Virus record (IMG/VR): IMGVR_UViG_3300028591_000087
Span: 1 to 64,000 of that record
Reading direction: 5' to 3' (one strand)
From: a virus
Lineage: Duplodnaviria; Caudoviricetes
Length of the DNA stretch: 64,000 nt
Below are positions 50,738-63,624 of this stretch, piece by piece. The position numbers were made by a program, and so were the translations under genes. Below the pieces are notes generated by a model. The model ran no database searches. It was not told the origin of the DNA and worked only from the letters and a program-made list of their open reading frames with translations. The stretch's first letter is position 1; each line of letters opens with the position of its first letter.

Positions 50738-51402
50738 TGGATCTCCTCAAAATTAATAACCGGGCAATAACCCTCAATCTCTTTGCGCAACTCTTCTACC
50801 GTTTGCTTCATATCCAATAGTGTGTCCGGATGACTATCCATAAAGGCGCTCGCTGCACTTTTCTGATTAATTTGCCGATTTTCTTTTCTCGCCTTTACCT
50901 CTTGTTCTTTGATTTTCTTTTTCCGTTTATTTGCTAGCACTACCTCTTGATAGTAAGCGGGCCACTCATTGCCCATCTCTTGGAATCCATTAAGTTTTTC
51001 GCGCAACGTCGCATTTTCAATCCAAACTTTTCGCTCCCAATAGAATTCGCCATTATCAACAGCTTGCGGCACATAGTATCCACTATCATACCAATATCTT
51101 ATCGTCCCATCGGCACTATCACCCAAATACAGCATCTTGGCATGAATATACTTACGCTCAATCTCAAACCATTTAATCCACTCACCTAATAGCTTTTTCC
51201 ATTCTATTATAGTGCGCTGATCCGCAAGTTTTAGATTGTTGAACTTGCCTTGTGCTCTCCACCATTGTAGACCAAGAGTCACTCCTATTGCTCCTGTCAT
51301 AATCATAAACAGCGGTCCAAGATATAATAATGCTACTAACGTACATCCAGTCAATATACCAATGCCTAATCTAATGGCAACATCAGTTTGAAAATCGCTC
51401 AC
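50734..51402 (-). CDS. Membrane protein
   Basis: Two N-terminal hydrophobic segments; LYLGD motif. Confidence 0.65.
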   Translation of the reverse strand: MSDFQTDVAIRLGIGILTGCTLVALLYLGPLFMIMTGAIGVTLGLQWWRAQGKFNNLKLADQRTIIEWKKLLGEWIKWFEIERKYIHAKMLYLGDSADGTIRYWYDSGYYVPQAVDNGEFYWERKVWIENATLREKLNGFQEMGNEWPAYYQEVVLANKRKKKIKEQEVKARKENRQINQKSAASAFMDSHPDTLLDMKQTVEELRKEIEGYCPVINFEEIQ

Positions 51403-51414
51403 CTTAATAACTCC

Positions 51415-51609
51415 TTAATCATTCCATTTAGTAGAATTCTTACCAAATAAAATATGTATAGCTAATGTGCCCCAAAATGCGGTCCAGTATCCCATAGCAG
51501 GAGCCCCAAACATATTAACTGCGATAAGCGTCCATGCGTGCATTACAATCCAAGGACCAATAAAAATAAAAAGTAACAAAATAACTAATGTACTAGTTAA
51601 TGCTTTCAT
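51415..51609 (-). CDS. Small membrane protein
   Basis: Hydrophobic, 64 aa. Confidence 0.6.
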   Translation of the reverse strand: MKALTSTLVILLLFIFIGPWIVMHAWTLIAVNMFGAPAMGYWTAFWGTLAIHILFGKNSTKWND

Positions 51610-51846
51610 TCATCTGTCTCCTCTTGTTTTCCAAATAAACAATCAATATACATTAAACGTGCGCGACGCTCATTCGCAGATTTAATAATACCTTCTTTAT
51701 ACATCTGCTCGACACGTCGACGTAAAAATTTTGGATCCATATCCATTATTGATTTACTCAATGTTAAACATGCAGCATTATCTTTACTATATCCGGCTGG
51801 ACAAGAATCAAATAAGCTGTGGTAACATTCAAGACATGACTACATT

Positions 51847-52368
51847 TTAATTCAACACCTTTTCTTGCGGGCGTCGTCCTCTCTGATAAAAAAACTTATC
51901 AAATTTATTATCCCGCATTTCATCATATTTATCGGCATTCATTTCATTAATGCCCTCAATAAAATCTTCATATTTACAAATGTTTGCGGCACAGCCTTGC
52001 GTCATGAGACTAGACTCTTCAACACCAGGCATTTGAACTACAAGTATATTTACGCCTTTGGCAAAAGCATATCCAGCTTCCCACGCAGTTCCTGCAGTAG
52101 AGTGCCGACCATAGTCAGCTAGCACTAACCAATCACATTCATCAATAGCGACGACATCCATTGTAAATACACATTGTGCCCAGGTCTGTATATCTATGCC
52201 CCAAGCATTAGGAACTTTGTGCGCACCAGGTCTATACACATAAACCCAATCTCGCTCACAATCTGCATTCCAGATTCGCATACATTCGATTGCTCTTTCG
52301 AGATTTCCCATTTGTTTCTTTATTTCTTTGTCATCAGTTATTACTGGACCCGCCAAGTAAATCTTCAT
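51847..52368 (-). CDS. Nucleoside 2-deoxyribosyltransferase family protein
   Basis: KIYLAGP...D..AIDECD...GTAWEAGYAFAKG...SLM. Confidence 0.85.
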   Translation of the reverse strand: MKIYLAGPVITDDKEIKKQMGNLERAIECMRIWNADCERDWVYVYRPGAHKVPNAWGIDIQTWAQCVFTMDVVAIDECDWLVLADYGRHSTAGTAWEAGYAFAKGVNILVVQMPGVEESSLMTQGCAANICKYEDFIEGINEMNADKYDEMRDNKFDKFFYQRGRRPQEKVLN

Positions 52369-52614
52369 TTGCCCATTTCTCCTTTAAACCTTTCATAATC
52401 TCTTTGGAACATTTATCACAAAATACTGCGTTTGTAGCGAGCTTGAACCAATCTTCTTCCGGACTTTGCATCTCATACCATTCTTTTCCACATTGCGGGC
52501 AGGTGAATCTTACTTCTTCCATAAAGGCTTCTGCTATCATAGTTATACACCTCCTATTACATTATTATTATATTATAATTTTTTAATGTTTTCAAGTTTG
52601 GGCAAAAAACGTCG

Positions 52615-52643
52615 TTGACTTATACGAAAATTTTTAGTATAAT
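52615..52643 (+). promoter_or_regulatory. Sigma-A type promoter of the packaging/head module, divergent from a minus-strand promoter
   Basis: TTGACT-17 nt-TATAAT. Confidence 0.72.
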
Positions 52644-52691
52644 GAGTGTAGTAAGTGGGGACAACAGATCATTTATAAGGAGTTGATTGGT

Positions 52692-53768
52692 ATAATTCAA
52701 TTAGATTATACTATTGATTCTCCAGAAGAAAGACGAAAACTAGTAGAATAGATCTTGCGGGAAGTGCCCGACCCAAGCGAGCAATACCTAGAGATCCTCG
52801 GCGATTACTTGGTTCTTTGTATGGAGAAGCAAGAGAAAAAGGAGAAAAAAATACTTACTGAAAATCGTCTAGCTACAATCAATAAGCGAGAGATTTCTTA
52901 TGAAGGTCTGGTCAGTCAACTTGAAAACGGTGAAGATGGAATATATAATTTAATTACTGATAATGGAAAGAATACAATTTTTTAGCCGAAAGTTACTATT
53001 ACAAAACAAGACATAGAAGAGATACCGCAACTGGCGCAATTGCGCGAAAGCATAGAGCGCTGGGAAAAGTTACAAAAGACTGCATCCGGACGTGAAGCAT
53101 TTATAATCAAACGTACTTTGATTGAAATGCGCAAAGATCAATATATTATCAAAAATGCTTATAAACGTCCCATTGTATTCACAAAGTTGTCACGAGGTAT
53201 GAAAACGTTCCCACCATTACCTTGGAATGAATGGATAGAATATGACGATCAAGATAATGCTATAATCCGATATGATGGCATATCTTTCTGTGATTATCGA
53301 GTTATTAATGAAATACTTCAATTGTATCCTATTTTAAAGGGTCGATCTGAAGGTAATTTCGATGGTGATACTTGGTATATGATTCAGGATTTCTAGCCGC
53401 TCGTTGAAAGAGCACTTGCGGATTATCCGATGTATAAACGCATTGTTGAGTATAAACAAGATAAATTACAGAATGTAGAGATACAAGCATTGCTTGAAGA
53501 AGAGTTCCAATTTACGCACTCAATAGAATATATTAGTAGCTTATGGAGAAATAAGATTCCTAAGCTAATTGCGCAAAAGGCACAAGACGAATGGCTTATG
53601 TGGTATTTTACTTATATAGAAAAAGGTAAGTGGAAGAAGTGCTCTCGATGCGGAGAGGTTAAATTAGCACATTCTAAATTCTTCAGTATTAATAAAACGT
53701 CAAAAGATGGATTTTATAGTATTTGCAAGAAGTGCCGCAATAGCAAGAAAAAGGAGTGCTATGACTAA
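52692..53768 (+). CDS. Hypothetical protein of about 358 aa with C-terminal Zn finger (3 TAG)
   Basis: Three ORF-track fragments in one frame joined by TAG; KKCSRCG...SICKKC; start uncertain (ATA after AAGGAG). Confidence 0.7.
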
Positions 53769-54955
53769 TGGCAGATGGAAAGACTTTGTACTGTAAGACG
53801 TGTAACCGTACAATGGACGAAAATTAGTTTTATCAAACTAAACGCTTAGACAAGTTTCCAGATGGATATTTGCCCGAATGTAAAAAATGTTTAACTCGAC
53901 ACGTTGATAATTGGGATCCAAAAACTTATTTATGGATTCTTGAAGATATAGACGTTCCTTATATTGAAGAGGAATGGACTACATTATTAAATAGATATGC
54001 GAAAGATCCTCGTAAAACTACTGGCATGACAATTCTCGGACGTTATTTGTCTAAGATGCGTATGAAGCAGTTTAGTATGTATTCTTGGGCTGATACAGAA
54101 AGATTGCGCCAAGAGGCTGACGCTAAGAAAGCGGAAGTTATGGCGCGACAAGGATACAGCGGCGAGGAAATTGAATAGGCTATTCAAACTGGCACAATGC
54201 CAGAAAAGCCTCAAGATTTTGTTGAGGCAGAATAGCAATAGGCTACAGTTGCGGCTGAGCCTATAGATTTAAATGCTCCAGATTTCTTTGATGATGATTT
54301 AACTGACGAAGATAAGAAGTATCTTACTTTAAAGTGGGGTAAAGCTTATCGTCCATATGAGTGGGTTTAGTTAGAGAAATTATATCAAGAAATGATGGCG
54401 GCATTTGATATTGTTACCCCGGCTCATGAAGATTATCTTAAATTGATTTGTAAGACTTCTTTGAAGTGTCATTAGTTGGTCGATCTTGGTGATATTGAAG
54501 GATTCCAAAAAATGTCTAAAGTTTATGATACATTAATGAAATCCGCTAAGTTTACTGCGGCACAAAATAAGGCCGAAAGTGGTGAATTTGTATCCGCGAT
54601 TGATGAATTTATAGTGTTGTGCGAAAAAGAAGATTTTATACCAAGATATTATGTGGATAAGCCACAAGACAAGGTTGATGAGACTTTGGCTGATCTTCGT
54701 GGTTATACGCATAGGTTAGTAACTGAAGAAATGAATCTTGGTAATCTTATTGAAAATGCTGTGCGCACTATGGCGCGAGAAGAAGCAAAAGAAGAAGATT
54801 CCGAAACTACTGAGATTGATGATGTTGATCTACATGAGCTTGAAGAAGAAGTTCTTAGTGATAATGATTTCTTAAAACACTATGAATTTATTGAAGAAGA
54901 ATAGGCTGATGATGAAGCCACTATTCGTGACCTCCTCGGAGAGGATGATGAATAA
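53768..54955 (+). CDS. 395-aa protein with N-terminal Zn finger, candidate small terminase (several TAG)
   Basis: CKTC...CKKC; fragments at 53870 and 54476 are in frame; stop overlaps the terL start. Confidence 0.6.
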
Positions 54956-56685
54956 TGGCGCTTTAGGATTTATTAAATCTTAAAACTGATGTTGACAAAA
55001 TTGGCTTATCAGAAGAGCGAGTGCGGGCATGTATTCCAAAAGCACGACAATGGGTATCTTTTTGGAGAGAATATCCAGATTTATTTGTGGATTTTTTACT
55101 TCAAAAAAATAATCCAATGAACTTTGAATTATTCTTTTATCAGCGTGTATTTTTACGTGCGGCAATGCGTTATAAGTACACGTATGCAGTATTCCCACGT
55201 GCTTATTCAAAATCGTTTTTAGCCGCATTAATTTTAATTATACGTTGTATACTGTATCCAGGAGCAAAGCTATTTGTTACTTCTGGCGGTAAGGAACAGG
55301 CATCTAGTATTATTAAAGCTAAAGTACAAGAATTATGTCATCTAATCCCTGCGTTGCACGACGAGATTGATTGGCGTCGTGGTAAGACAATGGAGGGAAA
55401 AGATTATGTTAGATACATATTTAAGAACGGGTCAGTGCTGGACAATATAGCAGCTCGCGAAACTTCAAGAGGTCAGCGTCGACATGGCGGGCTCATGGAA
55501 GAGTGTGTTGGTATCGACGGTACAATCCTTAACGAAGTTATTATTCCGACAATGAACGTTTCTAGACGCGCGGCATGTGGTGGAAAAGATGACAATGAAG
55601 TTCTTAATAAATCACAAATTTATGTTACTACAGCTGGATGGAAGAATACATTTGCTTATGACAAACTAATTCAGATTTTGTGCTGGGAGATTGTAAAGCC
55701 TGAACGTGCAATGGTAATGGGCGGTACATGGAGAATTCCGGTTTTAATGGATTTGCTTGATAAGACCTTTATTAGAGATCTTAAAATGGACGGTACATTT
55801 AATGAATCTTCCTTTGAGCGTGAATATGAATCAGTTTGGTCTGGCACTATTGAAGATGCGTTCTTTAATGCAGAACAATTCGATCATAATAGAATTTTAA
55901 AATAGCCTGAATATGAGTATTCCGGTCGAAGCACAAAAAATGCTTATTATGTGCTTTCTGTCGATGTTGGTCGGCGTGGATGTGATACTGTTGTTTGCGT
56001 GTTTAAAGTTAATCCGCAAACTGCGGGAAATGCTTTAATTAGTTTGGTCAATATTTATACATTAAGTGATGCACATTTTGAAGATCAATGTATATTTATT
56101 AAGAAGTTATATTATAAATATAAAGCTAAGAAGGTAGTCATTGATGGTAATGGTCTCGGTATTGGTTTAGTTGACTATTTCGTTAAAGGTCAAACTGATC
56201 CAGACACTGGCGATGTAATTGCAGACTTTGGTGTAGATAATGACGAAGATGGTGAATATAAGAAATATCGTACTGAGATCTGTGAAGAAAATGCGCTTTG
56301 GGTAATTAAAGCAAATGCACCGATTAATACTGAAGTACATGGTAATGTGCAAAGTATGATGCAAGCCGGAAGAGTTAAGATGTTAATTGATGAACGTGTT
56401 GCTAAAATTAAATTGATGGCGACTAAAAGAGGTCAGGATATGAAACCTGAGGAACGGGCAGAATATCTTAAACCATTTACTTTAACTTCCATATTAAAAG
56501 AAGAAATGATGAATCTTCGTGAGGAAAACGAAGGTGTAAATATCATTTTGAAGCAAGCAAATAAAGGTATTAAAAAGGATAAATTTAGTGCATTTGAATA
56601 CGGATTATATTGGATAAAATTAGAAGAAGATAAAAAACGTAAACGTAATAAGAAAAGATTTAGCGATATGTTATTTATGAATTGA
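54955..56685 (+). CDS. terL: Terminase large subunit (2 TAG)
   Basis: FYQ, PRAYSKSF Walker A, RGQRRHGGLMEE Walker B, nuclease motifs SVDVG / IDGNGLG / KDKFSAFEYG. Confidence 0.88.
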
Positions 56686-56686
56686 G

Positions 56687-57052
56687 GTGTCAAAATTGCG
56701 TGCTTCAAGAGGAGAAATAAAGATCGAAGAAATATTGCGCGAAGCCGGTATGAACTTCACTATGGAGCAATCATTCGAAGGACTAAATAGTCCAAATGGC
56801 AGACCATTGCGTTTCGATTTTTGTGTATTTGATGATGATGGAAATGTTGATTTTTTGATTGAGTATCAAGGTAAACAACATTTTGAACCATCGAGTAAAT
56901 ATGGCGGAAAGCAAGGATTTTATCGCCAATAGTTCAACGATAAAAATAAGCGTCGTTTTTGTGCGCTTAATGAATATAATCTAGTTGAGATCCCTTATAC
57001 GGATGAGAATTTAATCACTTATGATTATATTATGGAAAAAGCTGGATATTAA
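56687..57052 (+). CDS. PD-(D/E)xK endonuclease-like protein (1 TAG)
   Basis: SRGE..I...L...LRFDF...LIEYQGKQH...D..K...C....L..IPY. Confidence 0.72.
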
Positions 57053-57064
57053 GGAGGGATTGAA

Positions 57065-58699
57065 TTGGGTGATCGCCAAGAGAACATCCACAGCAAGGGC
57101 TTTTCAATCGTTCAACGTCCAGAACTCCACGATATCTATGGTAATATAGTAGATTATGGTAAGGTAAAAGTAGGATTTTAGACATTAGATGATGCAGTTG
57201 TTGATCTTGGATCTTTTCAAAAGATTGACAGACGTACATATGGAAAACTGTCTATCTTGCAGGCACTTGCGCGCAAGGACTATCCTAAACTTCGTGATAT
57301 ATCAAATTACTTTTTTGAAGTAAGTGGTTTGTACGAAAGATTATGTAAATATTTTGCAGGACTGTATCGTTATGACTGGTATATCATGCCTTACGTAATT
57401 AAAGAGAATGAAAAGAATAATGAAAAAATTCTTGAGTAGTTTGCTGAAGCACTTGATTACTTTGATGAGAGTGGGATCAAAAAACTTTGTAATGACATGG
57501 CTTTAAAAGTTATTGTTGATGGTTGTTATTATGGTTATATAATTGAAACCTCTAAAGGCTTTACTTTTTAGGAATTACCTATTAATTATTGCCGTAGTCG
57601 CTTTAAAGTAGGTAACAAACCTGCGGTTGAGTTTAATCCAAAGTTTTTTGATGATATGTTCCCGGATGTAGAGTTGAGAATGAGAGTTCTCAAAATGTAT
57701 CCAGAGGAGTTTGCGAAGGCTTATATCGCTTATAAGAAAAACTCTTTGAATCAAAAGATGAACGATGGTAGCCGTGGCTGGTGGCTTTTAGACCCAGACC
57801 TTGCCTTTAAAATTAATCTTAATAATAGAGATTATCCATTATTGGTAAGCATCACTCCTAAAATATTGGAATTAGATGAAGCCCAAGATCTTGATCGCCG
57901 CAAGATGTTGTAGCAGTTATTGAAAGTTATTATTCAAAAATTGCCACTCGATAAAAATGGCGACTTAATATTTGACGTTGATGAAGCAAGAGATATTCAT
58001 AATAATACAGTGTAGATGTTGTAGCGTGCGGTTGGTGTAGATGTTATGACAACATTTGCGGAAGTAGATGTTGCCGATCTTGCCGACAAAAATACTACTA
58101 CAACAAGAGATGAACTTGAAAAGGTTGAGCGCACTGTTTATAATGAAGCTGGCGTTTCTCAAAACCTATTTAACTCTAATAGTAATCTCGCTCTTGAAAA
58201 AGCTAGCGCAGTCGATGAAGCCAGTGTGCGGGATTTGATATTTGAGTTTGATGAATTATTTACTCGGATTTTGCGGAATAAATATCCGGGAAATAAAAAA
58301 TGGTGTTTGCATTTCTTTTTATTAGAGACTACAATTAATAATTATAAAGAAGTGTCTAAAATGTACAAAGAGCATACACAGCTTGGTTTTTCCAAGATTT
58401 TACCATAGATTGCTCTTGGACATTCACAAAGTTCTATTTATGCTACTGCTCATTTTGAAAACAATGTAATGAAATTACAAGAAATAATGATTCCGCCTCT
58501 TATGAGTTCTACCTTACGCGGATAGGATGTATTACCTGGTTCTAAGGAAGGTAGTAATGCTCAGTCTGGTGCAAATAAGGCTGCACAGCAAGTACAGCAA
58601 GCCGCATCTGGAGATAAGAAAATGGGCAGACCAGAAAAAGAGAATGAATAGAAATCTGATAAAACTATAGCGAACCGTGAAGCTGCGGGAAAGGAGTGA
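57065..58699 (+). CDS. Portal protein, 544 aa (about 9 TAG)
   Basis: Single frame from TTG 57065 to TGA 58699 under code 15; size and position between terL and protease/scaffold. Confidence 0.78.
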
Positions 58700-58704
58700 G
58701 TTAA

Positions 58705-60021
58705 GTGCCTAAGCACATCAGTGTTCCTATTGAAGGAACTGTTGAGTTACTTAATGTAGCTCCAATCGCTGATAATCCATTATTGAGTCATTGTGATATT
58801 AAAGTCTGTTATTTGGGTGAAAACCGTAATCATAGTGTGATTGACAAAGAATCCGCTATTAAAATGGCAAAGACTTTACACGGATGCCCAATTGCTGGAT
58901 TTTACGACGAGAAGCAGGAAGACTTTTCCGGTCATAATCGTAGTATAGAGGTTGGCGATGGCAAGTTCCGCATTATAGACAGAACTAAGGCTTATGGCTT
59001 TGTTGATTCAAGTTCTAAGATTTGGTTCCAAGATTTTATTGATGATAATCAAGTAAGACGTACTTATTTGTTGACTGAAGGTTATCTTTGGTCTACTCTT
59101 TATCCAGAAACTAAACGGATTTTGGAAAATGGAAATAACCAATCTATGGAACTTAATGAAGAAAATTTGAAAGGCTCTTGGACATTTGATGATAAAGGTC
59201 TTCCTAAATTTTTCATAATTGATGAAGCAATGATACAAAAGCTTTGTATTCTTGGAGAAGATGTTGAGCCTTGTTTTGAAGGCGCGGGTATTGCAGCACA
59301 ATTCTCATACGACGGTGACTTCAAGAATCAATTATTCTCCTTGATGGAGGATATTAAATCTGCTTTAAGCAAAGGAGGATTTACTTCTATGGAAGAGAAC
59401 AAGAATGTAAATGATCCTACTTTGGAAACCCCTGAAGTTGATTACAAGAAGAAGGAAGAAGACAATCAGGGAGAAAAGAAAGAAAATCCATTTCCTCCAA
59501 AGAAGGATGATGAGGGTGGCGACGAAAAGAAGCCAGCCGAAGGTGAAGACAAGAAAGAAGAAGACGACGAAGATAAGAAGAAGAAGGCTCCAACAAAGCA
59601 TGAGCTTACTGATGATGAAATCGCCGATTCTGAACTCTATAAAAATCTTGCAGTTCAGTTCACAGAACTTCAGAAGCAGTTTGAAGCTTTAAGAAGCGAA
59701 GTTGAACCATTACGTCAGTTCAAAGTTGACGCTGATCGTAAAGCAAAGCAGGATATGATTGATAGCTTCTATATGCTTTCCGACGCTGATAAGAAGGATT
59801 GCATTGATAATATTGATACTTATAGTCTCAATGATATTGAAGCTAAGTTATCTATTATTTGTGTTCGTAACAAGGTGTCTTTCAACCTTGATGACGATAA
59901 GAAGGAAGATAATACTTCCAAGAAAGAGCCTACCATCTATAGTTTGGATGGTACTGATGGTGAGGACAACGCACCTGCTTGGATTAAGGCTGTGCGCGAA
60001 ACCGCCAAAGAATTGAACTAA
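58705..60021 (+). CDS. Prohead protease/scaffold protein
   Basis: G.NRN...GH...QSME...LCILG..VEPCFEGA followed by a charged coiled-coil tail. Confidence 0.72.
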   Translation: MPKHISVPIEGTVELLNVAPIADNPLLSHCDIKVCYLGENRNHSVIDKESAIKMAKTLHGCPIAGFYDEKQEDFSGHNRSIEVGDGKFRIIDRTKAYGFVDSSSKIWFQDFIDDNQVRRTYLLTEGYLWSTLYPETKRILENGNNQSMELNEENLKGSWTFDDKGLPKFFIIDEAMIQKLCILGEDVEPCFEGAGIAAQFSYDGDFKNQLFSLMEDIKSALSKGGFTSMEENKNVNDPTLETPEVDYKKKEEDNQGEKKENPFPPKKDDEGGDEKKPAEGEDKKEEDDEDKKKKAPTKHELTDDEIADSELYKNLAVQFTELQKQFEALRSEVEPLRQFKVDADRKAKQDMIDSFYMLSDADKKDCIDNIDTYSLNDIEAKLSIICVRNKVSFNLDDDKKEDNTSKKEPTIYSLDGTDGEDNAPAWIKAVRETAKELN

Positions 60022-60044
60022 TTTTATAAAGGAGGAAGCTACGT

Positions 60045-60878
60045 ATGGCTTTTACAAGATTATCTCCAGAAGCTAAATTCGTTACTTACGGCTTCGGTCA
60101 GGTCGAGCCAAACCATCTCAGTGCTCAGAGAACAGCTGAAATCTATGCTCAGTTGCCTGCAGCAGCAAGCATTGATATTCTTGAGAATGGTCAGTTCGTT
60201 AAGTACGACTACGCTAATGGTGAAGTAAACTTTACTGGTCCTGGCGAATGGATGCTCGTATTCAACGAAGTTAAAGTATATCGTGATCACGAAACCGATC
60301 AGGATTTCGCTATGATCCGTCGTGACTATAATGGTCGTGTTTACAGCCCAGTTGGCGTTGGTGCCGCAGCTGGTATGTGGGGTTCCGCTCAGGGCATCAA
60401 TGGTGTTAAGATTAATGGTTATGGAAGTTCCGCTGATTGGGACATGATGAAGAAGATCCAGGAACAGGTTGAAATTTATGAGGATGCTCATAACAATCCT
60501 GCTGGACAGGCTCCAGACTATGGCCGCAACCATTATGCTATTGGTAACAGCTACGAAGTTGAAAAGCTCAACATCCCTCAGATGGCTGAATATGCACAAC
60601 CAGATCGCACTGGCAAGATTCCAGGCGCAGAAGGATACAATCCTAATAATAGAGCTGGTTTGATGGTTCCTCGTGTATTTAAGACTCACGAAGGTGACAT
60701 CTTCACTACTAATACTATTGCTGACGCAACCGTAACACTTGGGTCTGTTCTTACTCCAAATGCTAAAGGTTATCTCAGCGCAACTGGCGCTAACAACGCT
60801 GCATTCCAGTGGCAGGTCGTTAAGATCTACAACCTCGGCGATATGCAGAAGGCTGTTAAAGTTATGAGAATTAAGTAA
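60045..60878 (+). CDS. Capsid decoration/minor head protein
   Basis: Position before the major capsid gene; LENG.FV motif. Confidence 0.55.
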   Translation: MAFTRLSPEAKFVTYGFGQVEPNHLSAQRTAEIYAQLPAAASIDILENGQFVKYDYANGEVNFTGPGEWMLVFNEVKVYRDHETDQDFAMIRRDYNGRVYSPVGVGAAAGMWGSAQGINGVKINGYGSSADWDMMKKIQEQVEIYEDAHNNPAGQAPDYGRNHYAIGNSYEVEKLNIPQMAEYAQPDRTGKIPGAEGYNPNNRAGLMVPRVFKTHEGDIFTTNTIADATVTLGSVLTPNAKGYLSATGANNAAFQWQVVKIYNLGDMQKAVKVMRIK

Positions 60879-60900
60879 TAAGGAAAGGAGAGAAAAGTCA

Positions 60901-62019
60901 ATGTTAGAAAGAAATGAACTTTTAAAATTGATGAAGGCAACTGCTAAAGCTGACCGCTCTGCTCCTGTTGCTTATTCATTCAATGGCTAGAATCTTAGCT
61001 ACGAAGCTCTTAATGAGACTCTTCGTAAAGAATTAAATGAACTCGCTGGTACATTTGCTCTTTATCGCGAGAATAAGAATACCATCTTCTCTATTATTGA
61101 AGAGACTATGGACGACGTTCTTCCTAAGAAAGTCGAAGAAAAGTATGAACAGTTTGCAGAAGTAAAGACTATCCAGCAGGGTAACTCTACTATGTTCTGG
61201 CGCAAGCATGATCGTCAGCGTGCAAAGCAGTTCATCACCAAAGTTGGTTTGGCTGGTATTTACGAAGTATTTAAGCTTGGTAAAGATACACCAATTGAAG
61301 TTCAGACCAGCGCTATCGGTGGAGCTGCTCAGATCGGTCTTGAAGAGTTCCTCGACGGCCGTGCTGATTTTGCTGAAGTAACTCAGATCGTTATGGAAGG
61401 TATTGACGAACTCATTCATTGGGAAATCGGTGCTGCCCTTAAGGAAGGTCTTACTCAGCTTCCTGCTCTCAACACTGTTGTAACCAACGGTTTTGATGAG
61501 AAGGCATTTGATCGTTTGCTCGCTATTTCTGCAGCTTACGGCACTCCTACTATCTATTGTACAGAAGAATTTGCTCAGAAGATTCTTCCAAGCAATGGCA
61601 ATGGTACTTATGCTTCTTGGTCTGATAGCATGAAGGATACCATCTGGAACAATGGACGTTTTGCTTCTTATAAGAATCACGTCATCAACATTCTTCCACA
61701 GGGATTCACTGATGCTACTCATACCACTAAGGTTATCGATCCTGGTTTCTGCTATATCCTTCCAGGTAATGTAAAGCCTGTAAAGGTTGTTATGGAAGGT
61801 CAGACAATTGTTGACGAGTATACTAACAAGGATCGTAGCCGTGAAATCCAGGTATATAAGAAAGTCGGCGTTGGCGTCGTAATGACTCCTGACATTTGCG
61901 TATACAAGGATACCGAACTTGCTGGACAGTATGGCGTATATCAGGGTGACAAGGTTGTTCCTAACAACAATAGCAATAGCACTCCTGAGACTCCAGCTCA
62001 AAATCCAAGCAATCCTTAA
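60901..62019 (+). CDS. Major capsid protein (1 TAG near N-terminus)
   Basis: AAGGAG RBS and ATG at 60901, in frame with the 61108 fragment; 372 aa; gene order. Confidence 0.78.
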
Positions 62020-62092
62020 TAAAGATTAATCGCGGGCGTGCGTGATAGACACGCCGCCCGCTTATTCTACTATATGAGAAAAAGGAGAAAAA

Positions 62093-62683
62093 GTGAATAT
62101 GAAAAGTGATATGAAAATTAACGTGCGCAATAGAAGTAATTCAGTCGTTGTTTATAACGTTGATGATTTGCGTGTTCGTCGTGAATTTATGCCGGGTGCA
62201 GTAAAGAGTGTTCCGCTTGAAGAAATTTATGCGTTAACTCAGCAACCTGGTGGCGCCGAGATTGTTGCTAATTATCTGTTTATTGAAAGCCCCGCCGCGG
62301 TGGAAGAGATGTCAATGAATGTAGAACCTGAGTATTATTTGGATGACAAGGGAGTTATTGATCTTCTAACTAATGGCTCAGTAGATGCTTTACTCGATTG
62401 TCTTGATTTCGCACCTGCTGGCGTACTTGATTTAGTACAGAAGTATGCTATTGAATTACCAGTAACTGACACTCGTAAGATTAAGGCTATTAAAGATAAG
62501 ACTGGTTTTGATGTAGCTTTATCTTTAAAACATAAAGCTGAACTCGAAGCAGAAATGGCTGAAGCTGGTGAGCAAACTGAAAGTGGTATGACTGTTGAAC
62601 GTAGAATTAAAAAGACTGAATAGGCAGAAGCACCATCTGGACGCAGAACAACTCCTAAGTATAATGTCGTAAAGAAAGACTAA
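62093..62683 (+). CDS. Hypothetical virion protein (1 TAG)
   Basis: Reads through TAG at 62621 to TAA at 62681-62683. Confidence 0.65.
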
Positions 62684-62695
62684 GGAGGATGTTAA

Positions 62696-63313
62696 ATGAC
62701 GTCATTTAATACTATCATTAATGCTTTCCTTAGTAAGATTACAGATGATATGTACTTGGAACTTACTATGGAAGACACGATTCGTGATTCGAAATAGTAT
62801 TTACTTGATGCCATTCCTTATTTTGAATTTCCAAGATTTGCGTTATATGATTATGATGCATCCGCGGGCGTATACAATGTTGATCTCACATAGGAAGAGA
62901 TCAACATTTTTGCTATACTTATGAAATAGGCTTGGCTTGATCGGCAAATTAATTCAGTGGAGAATACTCGTATGAAGTATTCTGGTTCTGATTTTAAATT
63001 TACTTCTCAGGCAAACCATTTACAAAAGTTATTAGCATTAAAAGCAGAAAATCATCGTGAGAACATTCATGCACAACGTTTATATAAACGTCGCAGATTT
63101 AGAAATGATGGATCTGTTATGTCCAATTGGATGATCTTAAATCAAAGCGCTCTTGATACTCAAAGCAGACCACAAAATGTTCCTGCGCAATCTTCATCTG
63201 AGAATGATAATGGAGACAATTGGACCCCAATTCAAGAAATCGTTACTCCGGTTAATACCAATAGCGATAATGATGATGATTATTACTGGGAGCAGATTGG
63301 TGGTGGCAATTAA
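62696..63313 (+). CDS. Probable head-tail adaptor (3 TAG)
   Basis: AGGAGG RBS; FLSKITD...DFKFTSQANHLQKL; gene order. Confidence 0.58.
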
Positions 63314-63624
63314 TGAAATATTATAATGTTAATTTTTCTAATGCCACAATTACACAAGATTTGCGGAGATTAGTCAATCAGATTTGGAAGTTATTGCCAA
63401 TGCGGGAAAATAATGAGGATTGGCAAAAATAGTTAGATTCTGTTTTAGTAGAACTTAGAGGACTTCATGTGATGTTTGGCGACCAACTCGATTTTCTTAT
63501 TTTATTAAGTAAGTTAGAAGGATTGCATGAAGTTGAAGACTTTATGATATATCGAGTTACAGTTTTTAGTATGATTTCATTATTAACTGAACTCGCTAAT
63601 TCAATAGATGCTGGAAAATCTTGA
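63313..63624 (+). CDS. Hypothetical protein (1 TAG)
   Basis: Start and stop overlap both neighbours. Confidence 0.6.
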